A program made the translations under genes and the position numbers. The notes beneath the pieces were generated by a model that made no database searches, had not been told where the DNA came from, and saw only the letters and a program-made list of their open reading frames with translations. Positions 1-9,571 of a DNA stretch of 64,000 nt are shown piece by piece. Positions within the stretch are counted from its first letter, which is position 1; each line of letters starts with the position of its first letter. Source of the DNA: an uncultured Phycisphaerales bacterium (lineage in GTDB: Bacteria > Planctomycetota > Phycisphaerae > Sedimentisphaerales > Anaerobacaceae); assembly GCA_963772725.1 (NCBI GenBank), contig CAVYYI010000002.1:128001-192000 (forward strand), in the 5' to 3' direction.

Positions 1-1449
1 TGCAAAACGAATGAGATGACAAGCAAGAACGGCCTTTTTCTCTTGCTCATTACAATTACAGGCTAAAACCAAATGGCGAATTTCTCTAACAGACCGTCGA
101 AGCCATGAAAATGAACTCGGCGTCTTTTCAGCTAAAGGCGGTTTTAAGACAAAATCCTTTTCATAAATTTCATCCACAAAAAGTTTCCAATTTTCATATT
201 CATCGTTTCGATCAAACTCATCTGTTCCAAATACAAGGCTCACTTCTATTGCTGCAAGATCAGCAGTAGCTGGAGCGTCTTTGACAGAGCAAAAATCAAT
301 AAGAATAGCATCCTTGCCACGCACCATTACATTGCCAGCATGTAAGTCCCCATGATGGGGACCAACTGTAACTTTCTTGCCTTTAATAACCTCACACAGC
401 TCCGACTCTAATTGCACGGGTGACCATTTTAATCCCAACGTTTTGGCATTGTTACAAATCTTCCCAGAAATCTCTGCAGCTCTCGCTCGCCTTTTAATGA
501 GTTCATCTAAAAAATCTTCCCTACTGTGTGAGCCAAACGGTTGTAACCTAAAACCTTTGAGACTATTCTCAAAAAGAGAAAAGAGTATACCTGGTCCAGT
601 ATTAGCACGAAGTACTCTTCGTAGAGGTTGAGCATCTTCGACAAAATTACCGACAATTGCTGACATGTTTTCGAAATTTACACATCTTCGTTTGTCAATA
701 TTCGGTCTAAGATAAAAAGGAATAAAAAATTCAGCATATTGTTTATAATTGAACAATTCGGTTTGGCTTTTAGATTTTTCAGAAAATTTTATAAAATATG
801 GTAATGGCCTTGGTCCAACTACTGATTGCTTCAGTAAGGCATCAATACTAAACACATCAAATGAATCTTTACCGCCGTCCAATTTTTTCAGGTAAACATA
901 TTCGCAATCCGAAAAGGCTCGGCAAAGCAACAAATTTTTTTCTGGTGATAATTTTATAGTATCGGGCAGAATTTTTACATTGCCTTTTGGCGGACCAACT
1001 TCAAATTCGAAAATGTTTTGCGCAAGTATTCGAATGTTCTTGGAAGAAAATACATTAGGAGTATCGCTGATTTCTAACTCACGCCAAACGGTTCGAATTA
1101 GATTTAAATATATAATTGTATCATCATTTTTAAGTACATCATCTGTAATTACAGATAGATGCAAAGAATATTTGCTTATTACCGATTTCAATTTCGAAAG
1201 GCATTCCCTGATTGCACCAATTCTATTATGCGGTTCTGCAATTATAAGAGCGCGAGCTTCATTTAAAACGGTAGATGGATTATCTAATGAAGTCTTGAAT
1301 AAGTGTAGATGCCTTTCCTCAAAGGGGCCTTTCTCAATCTCAAGAGATCCAATACATAACACATTTTTCCGATTTGCTATGAGCATATCTAAATCAAGGG
1401 GCTTGTTCGCAGTCTCAAGAGATTTAACATTTCGATTTGCTATGCGCAT
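1..1449 (-). CDS. Kinase/phosphotransferase-fold (APH/TCAD9-like) protein; 3' end runs off the window
   Basis: Manual translation from ATG 1449 (MRIANRNVKS...) is open to base 1. It has LDGGKD (Gly loop), YFIKF (Lys), HHGDLHAGNVMV (catalytic loop) and LIDF. Missing from the ORF track because it has no stop in the window. Starts 2 nt after the E1 stop. Confidence 0.8.
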   Translation of the reverse strand, partial: MRIANRNVKSLETANKPLDLDMLIANRKNVLCIGSLEIEKGPFEERHLHLFKTSLDNPSTVLNEARALIIAEPHNRIGAIRECLSKLKSVISKYSLHLSVITDDVLKNDDTIIYLNLIRTVWRELEISDTPNVFSSKNIRILAQNIFEFEVGPPKGNVKILPDTIKLSPEKNLLLCRAFSDCEYVYLKKLDGGKDSFDVFSIDALLKQSVVGPRPLPYFIKFSEKSKSQTELFNYKQYAEFFIPFYLRPNIDKRRCVNFENMSAIVGNFVEDAQPLRRVLRANTGPGILFSLFENSLKGFRLQPFGSHSREDFLDELIKRRARAAEISGKICNNAKTLGLKWSPVQLESELCEVIKGKKVTVGPHHGDLHAGNVMVRGKDAILIDFCSVKDAPATADLAAIEVSLVFGTDEFDRNDEYENWKLFVDEIYEKDFVLKPPLAEKTPSSFSWLRRSVREIRHLVLACNCNEQEKKAVLACHLIRFA

Positions 1450-1457
1450 ATTTAAAT
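1322..1457. repeat. Imperfect tandem duplication (~65-73 bp) spanning the kinase start
   Basis: AAGGGGC..TCTCAAGAGAT..CGATTTGCTATG.GCATAT.TAAAT occurs twice, giving MRIANR.. and MLIANR.. at the N-terminus. Confidence 0.7.
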
Positions 1458-1896
1458 TTGCCGAGCAGGAATTGGCCATTCGTCACAACGGGCAAGGGCA
1501 CCGCTTGTAGAACAAACAACGCAAGTGGGATGTGCTTTGCAAACAGCAGGTCGAACTGTTCCTGTTAAACCGTCATAATTAATGAACCTGGCGGAGCCTG
1601 GCACTCCAAGAGCTACATTAAGAAACATAGTTACAGCGAGGGATGCTACCGTACTATTTAACGAAATAACAGCTGGGGCGAGTTCATTTTGTCCAACAAT
1701 ATAAGGATCAGTTTGTCTTTCGAAATCCGAGAGCAAATCCCGTCGAATCTGTTCTGGATCAAGCAAATTACCACAGACTGTCCGGCGTCAATTATAATTT
1801 CCCTTCAACGACAGTTATTTTTACCGTTACTTCATAACACTTACCTTAGCTTATAGCCTTTAGGAGGTGCCCCCATGGGGGGCAAAATTTCGGACA

Positions 1897-2661
1897 TTAC
1901 GTGTCCTTATTTTTCCGTCTCTGAGCTTCCTCAGCTCGGTAGCTCGGTACATTCAATTCAAGGATCACACTATGATGTACCAGCCGGTCGATCGCTGCTG
2001 CAGTGGTCATCGGATCCTTAAAGATGACTTCCCATTTACTGAACGGCAGATTGCTGGTAATCAACACGCTGCCACGTTCATAACAATGAGCTAATAAGGT
2101 AAACAGCACCTCCATCTCCTCGCGGTTCTGTTTGACATAGCCGAAGTCATCTATCATCAATGCCTCGTACTGTGACAGCTTCTTGAGCCATTTGTCCAGC
2201 TTCAACTCCTGCTTGGCTCGTAATAACTCCTGCAACATCATATCACACGTAGTAAAGTAAACCTTTTTTCCCTGCCGGGCAAGTTCATGACAGATACCAC
2301 ACAGTAAATGTGTCTTACCGCTGCCGGGTTTGCCAAATGCAAGAATATTCTCTGTTCTGTCAACAAATGAACCTTCCAAAAGAATTTTGACCTGCTGACG
2401 TATCTTCAACGGCATACGTTTAAAATCAAAGTTTGCCATGGTCTTTTCCATAGGAAGCTTTGAGGCTTTTACCAGCCTTGCGATTTTATTGGCTCTGCGA
2501 ACATCACACTCACGCTGAGCCAATTCCAATAGATATTGTGAATAACCCATATCTTCGGCGATAGCCTTCTGAGCGAACTCGGCGTAATATTCACGGAACA
2601 TCGGCAGGTGAAGTTCTTTGAGAAGGTTTACAAGCTGATTATCCAGATCATTTTTACTCAT
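1897..2661 (-). CDS. istB: IS21 helper ATPase IstB
   Basis: Walker A GKPGSGKT, LMIDDFGY, TSNLPF, AAIDRLVHH. Confidence 0.95.
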   Translation of the reverse strand: MSKNDLDNQLVNLLKELHLPMFREYYAEFAQKAIAEDMGYSQYLLELAQRECDVRRANKIARLVKASKLPMEKTMANFDFKRMPLKIRQQVKILLEGSFVDRTENILAFGKPGSGKTHLLCGICHELARQGKKVYFTTCDMMLQELLRAKQELKLDKWLKKLSQYEALMIDDFGYVKQNREEMEVLFTLLAHCYERGSVLITSNLPFSKWEVIFKDPMTTAAAIDRLVHHSVILELNVPSYRAEEAQRRKNKDT

Positions 2662-4145
2662 ACCAGTAGTGCCTCCGCCGATTCAAGTAGACAGTCATAA
2701 CTGTTCAGATCAATATCGCCAACACAAACGTCAGTGACATCCGGCGGCTGTTGTTCGGATTTGACTATTTGTTCTACCATATCAAAATCAATCGCATCTG
2801 CATGGTTGATCAGGAACCGCAAAGCTTCATTGACAGATGTCTGGCTTTCGTTGGCAGCTAATTCAAGAATTTTCAGATACTGCTTATTACCCTGCTTCAT
2901 CCCATGTTGATCACGCAGGAGATCATATGCGATCCTGAACTGACTTGTGGGAAACATATCATCTTTATAGCAATAGTTCTCAAACGCCCCGGGTTTGCGA
3001 ACAAGGGTATCTATAACGTGGCGGTAATTGATGTAATGACCGTTTTCACCGTGTAATCTGGGCAATACTTCAATTCTTCTTTGAGCATACCAGACTTCGA
3101 TATGTTCGGCATATATTCGAACGTCAACATTTTCTCCCCTAAGCCTGCTGTGAACAGAATAGCTGTTCTTAAGAACTCGGACCGTGCAGCCACGACTTAC
3201 CCTGCATTTATCCCTGGTGAAATCTTCATGCCTGCGGGTTGGCAATTGCCGCAGAACCTTTAACTCTTCGGCCAAGAGTTTTGTGCGGCCGGTATTGAGT
3301 TGGTTGAGCAGCTTTTCAAGAAACATTTCATAATCTTTCCTGCTGTTAAAATCTCTGCTTCCTCTAAGGATTAACGCCTGTTCAACAGCTCTCTTTAACC
3401 TGTGATGACGCTGCTCTATATCGCCGTTTTCATTCGGACAGTGAGGCTGGATTTTACAGCTTTGGAAACCATAATGATTCGCAAGACCCTGATAGTTAGC
3501 CGTGAATTCCTCAGGATTGCCTACCTTGTTAACCGCACAGGTTAAATTATCAGTCCTATGATAGCGTGGTATGCCGCCTAACTTCCAGAGGGCATTTTGA
3601 ATACCGGCACTTAAACTTTCATAGCTTTCTGAAAAACATACCGTGACGGTTTCCCAGTTCGACAAACACAATACAAAATGGTACAGCATGTGAATAAAAG
3701 GTATGCCGCAAATGGTGATACCCAGCTTATTCATCCTGGTAAAGTCTGATTCGCACCATTGGCCGGGTTTATAGATTTGTGGAAAAAACACTTCCTGAGC
3801 CGGACCGGACAAGGCTTTCCATTGTTTTACTCGTCTCTGGAAGGTTCTTAATTCGCTGTCCTGGTATTTACCGGGATATTCACGCTGCAGAGCCTCAAAA
3901 AGCGATTTAGATTCAAGACCGGAGTTGTTTTTGAGGAATTCTTCAACCCATGGCCAATCCCCTGCAAAGGCATCCGGATGGGTGGGCCAGTCGTGGATAG
4001 CTTGGCATTGGCTGGGCAGCACGCCCGTTTTTAAATACTTGCGGGCGGTTTTAGTGCTTATACCAGCCTTGTCTGCAAGCTGATATAAGGTCTTGCATTT
4101 GTTTTTCATAGCGAACAATCTCCTTACCTGTTTGTCTTTAACCAT
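2658..4145 (-). CDS. istA: IS21 transposase IstA
   Basis: N-terminal HTH, DDE core (SDFT, RTDN, ENGDIE), overlaps istB start. Confidence 0.95.
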   Translation of the reverse strand: MVKDKQVRRLFAMKNKCKTLYQLADKAGISTKTARKYLKTGVLPSQCQAIHDWPTHPDAFAGDWPWVEEFLKNNSGLESKSLFEALQREYPGKYQDSELRTFQRRVKQWKALSGPAQEVFFPQIYKPGQWCESDFTRMNKLGITICGIPFIHMLYHFVLCLSNWETVTVCFSESYESLSAGIQNALWKLGGIPRYHRTDNLTCAVNKVGNPEEFTANYQGLANHYGFQSCKIQPHCPNENGDIEQRHHRLKRAVEQALILRGSRDFNSRKDYEMFLEKLLNQLNTGRTKLLAEELKVLRQLPTRRHEDFTRDKCRVSRGCTVRVLKNSYSVHSRLRGENVDVRIYAEHIEVWYAQRRIEVLPRLHGENGHYINYRHVIDTLVRKPGAFENYCYKDDMFPTSQFRIAYDLLRDQHGMKQGNKQYLKILELAANESQTSVNEALRFLINHADAIDFDMVEQIVKSEQQPPDVTDVCVGDIDLNSYDCLLESAEALLV

Positions 4146-5250
4146 CTGAAATCTCCTGACTTAATGAGTTTCAGATAGCATATTCCAACTTTAATTCATC
4201 CGGAACTTTTAACTGTCGCCGGAAGGTAAGAATAATTGTCGCTGATCAACAGACCATACACGCCAATCCAGGGGATAGCAACTGTACTCTCCCAGCTATA
4301 TTCTTGATTTTAAAATTATCGGTAATAATAACAACGCCCATATCGATCATGGGAACAAAATATTGATAGGCAAATTGGTTCAAGACGGCCCGGCTGCCGT
4401 GTGAGTCTGTGCAACAAAAAATCAAATCTGTTTTCGCAAGCAATCTTGTTATTTCGGCCTTCAAGACACTCTCATGATGAGTTTCAATATGAATCGCAGG
4501 ATTTATGCGTTTGGCCCAAGATGCAGCTATAGCGACTTTGGTTTTTCCTACATCCGATGGAACTGACCCAACAACTCGATTCAAATTCGTATCTTCAATT
4601 ATATCTGGATCAATGAGTAAGAAGTCGCGAACTCCTAAATGTGCGAGTTGTTGTAATACAACTGAACCCGTACCGCCCAGACCTACAATTCCTATACACA
4701 TACTATTAAGAACATTTTGACCATCTTTACCGAAGGCACGAATTTGTCGGTCATATATTGGTTTTATTTCATCCCCGTGAACTTTTTCCCCAAAAATTAT
4801 TTCTTCCCCTACACCCATCACTCGCAAGAGCCTATTCTGTCCCAACTCTCGAGCAAGTATGGTCTCAGGGGTCAATAACATGGTCGCATGTCTTGCTTGG
4901 GGAACGCGCTGCCGCAAAAATACTGACAACTCTTGTTCTCCCTTATCATCAATTTGAGAATAGGAATTTAGAGGGAAAGGATGTGTATGAATAAAAATAA
5001 CTGACTCGCCAGAAGTTCGAGCTCTCCTGCGCAACCTCAGAAACAAATTCGGGACGCAATTGTGCGCGTTCTGATGATCGAATGGAGTATGCTTCATCTG
5101 GCGATTTGAAATATTCCTTGGCAACAATTCGAACAAGCTCACCCGACACCTCCACTGATCTTCCAAAAACTACACCGCAGTTTTCTTTATCATCTTGGAG
5201 TAATTCCGTTTTTAACTTGCAAAGCTGTTCTTTGGTTAAAACAAGTCTAC

Positions 5251-5628
5251 TCATCGAGGTTCCTGCAATCTGCGTTTAATTACATAAAAATATGTTAACA
5301 AACTATCTGAGTTTGGATTCCAAGATGCAACATGCCATGAAAACCATAGATATGGACCGCCAATGTGAGGGATTTGATTAAGTTGTGCGTTCTGAGGCAT
5401 GTTGTTATTGGCTAAACGAAGGGTAACATCAGTCCAAAAACAATCAGGTTTAGCCAGGGGATAGCCGACTGGTGCGATAAATTTTACTTGAACATTCGCT
5501 TGTGACCAGCCTTCCGACAACTCAACGCAAGGAAAGCTAACTAAATGCGAACCGTCGGGTAAAGGCTTTAACTCAGCCGTGGGAAAGTAATTTTGAAGAA
5601 TTGCAAATTGTTGCTCTATGGGTGTCAT
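5251..5628 (-). CDS. Prokaryotic E2/UBC-fold protein (E2 family E / BubB-like)
   Basis: PVGYPLAKPDCFWTD and WFSWH...WNP motifs; lies between Ubl and E1; 4-bp overlap with the next gene. Confidence 0.85.
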   Translation of the reverse strand: MTPIEQQFAILQNYFPTAELKPLPDGSHLVSFPCVELSEGWSQANVQVKFIAPVGYPLAKPDCFWTDVTLRLANNNMPQNAQLNQIPHIGGPYLWFSWHVASWNPNSDSLLTYFYVIKRRLQEPR

Positions 5629-5678
5629 CTGTTCCGTTTAGCACAAAAAAGTAGTGTTAGCTTCCTTTCAAAAGAATC

Positions 5679-5942
5679 TTATAAATATTCACATGTTAAG
5701 CCAAAACTTGCAGGGGGTACAGTGTAAAACCGTTTAGGCTTACCTTTTTCAAACGCAATGCTTGTATCATCATTAATCAATTCATCCTGATGTTTCCCTT
5801 GCCCTTCAAGATATAATGCGTAATTTCTTTTTGCTTCCGGTAGTCTTGATTTAATATATGCTCCGGTTGTATGTTCATCTTCAGTTTCATACTTAACTCC
5901 ATCAACAAAATAATGGTATCTTTCTTCCGGTTTCATAGTCAT
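5679..5942 (-). CDS. Ubiquitin-like beta-grasp (multiubiquitin-type) protein
   Basis: YFVDGVKYET...TTGAYIK...YALYLEG...DELINDD...RFYTVPPASFG followed by a short tail LTCEYL. Confidence 0.82.
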   Translation of the reverse strand: MTMKPEERYHYFVDGVKYETEDEHTTGAYIKSRLPEAKRNYALYLEGQGKHQDELINDDTSIAFEKGKPKRFYTVPPASFGLTCEYL

Positions 5943-6224
5943 GTCCTTATCTTTCTATTTGGGTTGTTATTCTTATTTGAGATTTCTCATATAACCTTAT
6001 ATATTTTCGCTCAGCTACGCCGCTGAACTTCATTTTTCAATAGAATACCAAATTTGCCATGAAAAATCAAAAATTATTACTTTTATCTGAAAGTTTATTT
6101 CAACCAAAGACATTCAGTAAACTTTCGCACTTTTTAACATAACAAACGTCATTAATAATTTACGAATATAATTTCAGCAAATCAGTTGAAATTAAATTAA
6201 GCCTGATTTTGTAACAAAAACATA

Positions 6225-6386
6225 ATGGAAAATAAAAAAACATGTTTACACTGTCAGCACGAACTTGATATAGGAGGCGATGCCATAAGAGTTGACATAG
6301 GTGTAATCGGTATGGAGGATTTTGTGCCCATGGAAAAGACCTTGCTCTTTTGCAGTAGAGACTGCATGAAAAAGGAACTACCATGA
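6225..6386 (+). CDS. Small putative zinc-binding protein (53 aa, CxxC...FCSxxC)
   Basis: Manual translation MENKKTCLHCQHELDIGGDAIRVDIGVIGMEDFVPMEKTLLFCSRDCMKKELP*; below the ORF-track cutoff. Confidence 0.55.
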   Translation: MENKKTCLHCQHELDIGGDAIRVDIGVIGMEDFVPMEKTLLFCSRDCMKKELP

Positions 6387-6446
6387 CCTGGGCCGGATTG
6401 CCGAAAGTTGGTCATAGAGCATAGTAATTTTTTTTCTACTATTAAC

Positions 6447-7650
6447 CTAAGTTCCCGATGTTCTAAACTCTTCGATTTTTTGTAAGAATTTATTATTCAA
6501 TTTAATCAACCTTTCGTTGGATTTTTCTAATTCAGCAGTTCTTTTCTGCAAATCTTCTATATCAACAAGTCTTTTTTGAGATAAGGCAAAATTGCAAAAA
6601 CCGCAAATTTCAGTATCATAAGGGTTGGAGTTCTTACAGTGGAGGCATATTATTGGAGTTTTTTTAAGCTCGTAAGATTTATCCTCATTTACATCTGTTT
6701 TTCCTGCATACCCAAGCTGCATCTCTTTAACATCATCAGCACCATAATGCTGATATTCGCCAATTATAGTGCTGCTTTGGGTGTGTCCTGCAAATTTCTT
6801 TAAAACAGCTTCAGAAACATGCGGATTTTTGCCCATTCTTGTTAAAGTGGCATGACGCAGAACATAAGCAGAAAACTTGCCTTTAAGCCCAAGCTTTATT
6901 TTCAGTCTTCTAAAAAGATGAGTCACGGCACTACATGTCATTGGTTTGTTTGGATTATCCAGTTTGCAAAAAACATACTCATCATCCTTTCTTTCTCCCG
7001 GATAAGCCTTCATCCACTCTAAAAAGTAAGGTTCCGAGAATATAATCCTTATAGGCCTGTAATCTGAATTGCCGGACCCTTTTGCAATCCAGACCCTGAA
7101 ATAATACCCGTTGTCGTCTTTTTTAAGATTTTGCCATTTAAGCAGCCTTAATTCGATAGGTCTGGCCTGCATCAAGACCTTCGTATGAAACAAAGAATTT
7201 ATCCCGTGGATTATTACAAAGTTTAATAGCCTGGTGTATTAATTCTTCACTGGGCATTTCCTCAGGGAGTCTTAGCCTTTCCCTGCCTTTTGGCCTTTTC
7301 ATTCCCCGGACAACCTTCGGATATTCCTCATCTTCACCAAACCAATGTTTGAATACCAGCCTGATATTGAGATATTCATCCTGCTTGGTTTTAATCGAAA
7401 GATCTTTCGAAGAATAAATTATATTCCAGGCCTTTGTAATATCGTCTCTGGAAGCCTTATCAAAATCCATTTCAAGCAGGTCAGCAAATTTGACCATTGT
7501 ATTGTAGATCATGCTCAATCTTTTATCTGTTACAGAACCCCTTTTAAAATCAACAAATTCATCTATTAGCTCTTTGTTTCTATTCGACAGGTTCTTTCGA
7601 AGATCCTGGATAGTTATTCCCTTCGGCAGGCGGTCATATTGTTTTTTCAT
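6447..7650 (-). CDS. Tyrosine recombinase/integrase with C-terminal double CxxC zinc ribbon (archaeal-like); frameshift at ~7165
   Basis: ORFs 7138-7650 and 6447-7193 join into NPRDK...GLDA.ARPIEL, YVLRHAT, FAGHTQSS...EY, CLHC...CGFC and a coiled-coil tail. Confidence 0.85.
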
Positions 7651-7877
7651 AACCTTTATAAGTAAGTGTTATTTAATATTTTGAACCGTTTTGGCCTATG
7701 GTATGCGTTGATTTACACTGTAAATGTATCAAATGCCAAAACGGTATTGTATTTGTATATCATTACATATATTTAAGTCTTTCTAAATTTTCTGTTATCA
7801 GCGATTCTACATGGTGAATTTCAGCAAAATTTTTTAATCCAAATCTTTTTAAATGGTAAAGCAGTTAAAATTCATAA

Positions 7878-7948
7878 GGACCTGTAGTCTAATGGCAGAA
7901 CATCGCCTTTACACGGCGAGAGCGGAGGTTCGATTCCTCTCAGGTCCA
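7878..7948 (+). tRNA. tRNA-Val(TAC), CCA not encoded
   Basis: Acceptor GGACCTG/CAGGTCC, anticodon stem TCGCC/GGCGA with loop TTTACAC, T arm GGAGG-TTCGATT-CCTCT, followed by a T run. Confidence 0.9.
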
Positions 7949-9571
7949 TTTTTTATAATTGACCGGGATTTCCCATTTACACTCTTAAACAACATAATTT
8001 TCTCCGTACAACATCAATAATCTTACCCAAAACACCCTGAGCGGTCAAGAAATTTCTTTTCCAAGACGGTTTGACTGGAAATTTGCACGAAAACACGTCT
8101 TTTTATGCCCAGCCTTTCTTCCAATACCTATTTTTGCACAGACCGTGACTGCCCCAATTTTCATAAACTCAATTTTTTCAGCTATTTTTAGCATTATCCA
8201 GCTCCTGATGGTATCGCCATCAATGTCAACTGCCTGATTCTGTAAAGGATTTCACAGAATAAAGCCTTTGGCACTGCCACCTCTGCCATCTGGAATATCA
8301 CATATCTCGAATGCCTTACCACTTTTGCACCAATTTTTATCAGCTTCTCTTTGAGTGTCCTCAGCGACCAGTCCTTTATCTTCTTTGGCAAAGCCAAACG
8401 CCTAAGAAAATTGCCGAGATTGTAAGCCAAGGCAAATAATTGCAGCCGAACCTGATTATCAGTCAAAATCGTGACAGGAAAGCCGTGTCCAGTTCAATGC
8501 ATATTTGCCTTCCTTAATCCACTGCTCTGCTGTGCCACGCTTATTATAGAACTTCACCACATTGCTGGATTTCCAGCGAAGGTTCGTAACTATAAATCCT
8601 ACCCTCGGAAACAGTTCACCTGCATGCCATTCAATCTTGGCAACTACACGTCTGAGACTTGTCCCAACTGGCGGCTTGGTACTGAAAACTTTCGTAAATA
8701 ACAATCGGCTTATTTGGAGGACGACCTACAGGTCGAGTCAGTAAATGCTCAATCTTGTCGTGCAATATAGCATTATCTTTTAGTCGGATGGCATATAAAT
8801 AGCCCTCGGCTTCAAGATAGGAATATACATTCGGGTCTGCAAAAGCTGCATCGCCGCGAAAGAACCTGAAAATGTTATATCCACGGTAACGGTCTACAAT
8901 TGGTTTGAGCACTGCTTGCCAGTCATCGGCACTGTGGACATTTCCATTGCGAAGCATTGCTCGCTCCAAATCACCAAACTGGTTAAAGCAGAACAGCGGA
9001 TGATAGCAGGTGCATTCAAAGTAACCATTATAGGCCGAGCCTTCCTGATTCCCATAGGTTGGACTGACGGAACTGTCCATATCGAGAATGATAGTTTTCA
9101 GTGGTTTTCGTTCATGAATCTTGTCTACCCACATACCTGACAGATTCATCAATAGCTCAAGATTTTGTGATTGCGTCAGTAACTCTGTCTCAAATCTGCC
9201 CATCAGACTTGTAGAAGCAGCGGTGCGTTCTCTGGCTCTGCCGCCTACAACCTGCCTCATTGCAGGGTCAACAGATAAACGCTCTGCATCGTTGGTATCT
9301 TCATATCCTGCCAATCTGCTGTATATTGACTGTCTCAGCAGAGCAGTGATGTTGTGCTGAGTATTTTTGCCTTTGCGGTTGTCATAAAATTCTGACTCGC
9401 TCATAGTGGTTAGTCCAAGTGCTTCATCAAGTTCTCTGTAAGCCAGCAAACCGGCATCACTGGTTACTTGATCAGCGACAATTATTCTTACCTTCCGGCG
9501 ACAGTTAAAAGTTCCGGATGAATTAAAGTTGGAATATGCTATCTGAAACTCATTAAGTCAGGAGATTTCAG

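Larger units (their letters stand above)
1779..4248 (-). mobile_element. IS21-family element, copy 1 (2470 bp), target duplication ACAGAC
   Basis: TG...CA ends with imperfect IRs; ACAGAC at 1773-1778 and 4249-4254; istA-istB. Confidence 0.95.
1452..5254 (-). pseudogene. JAB/MPN peptidase-E1 (ThiF-like) fusion (BubCD-like), split by IS21, with an extra frameshift at ~5026
   Basis: N-terminal JAB motif (ENCG...HTHP...S..D); E1 motifs YDRQ, GLGGTGS, DPD...TNLNR, CCTDS, CxxC. Removing the IS and one ACAGAC copy restores ...ACMVC-GNLLDPEQ...CVVC...ARQI*. Confidence 0.88.

Noticed and set aside
377..1510. Plus-strand ORFs 377-631 and 980-1510
   Set aside because: Antisense shadows of the minus-strand kinase gene
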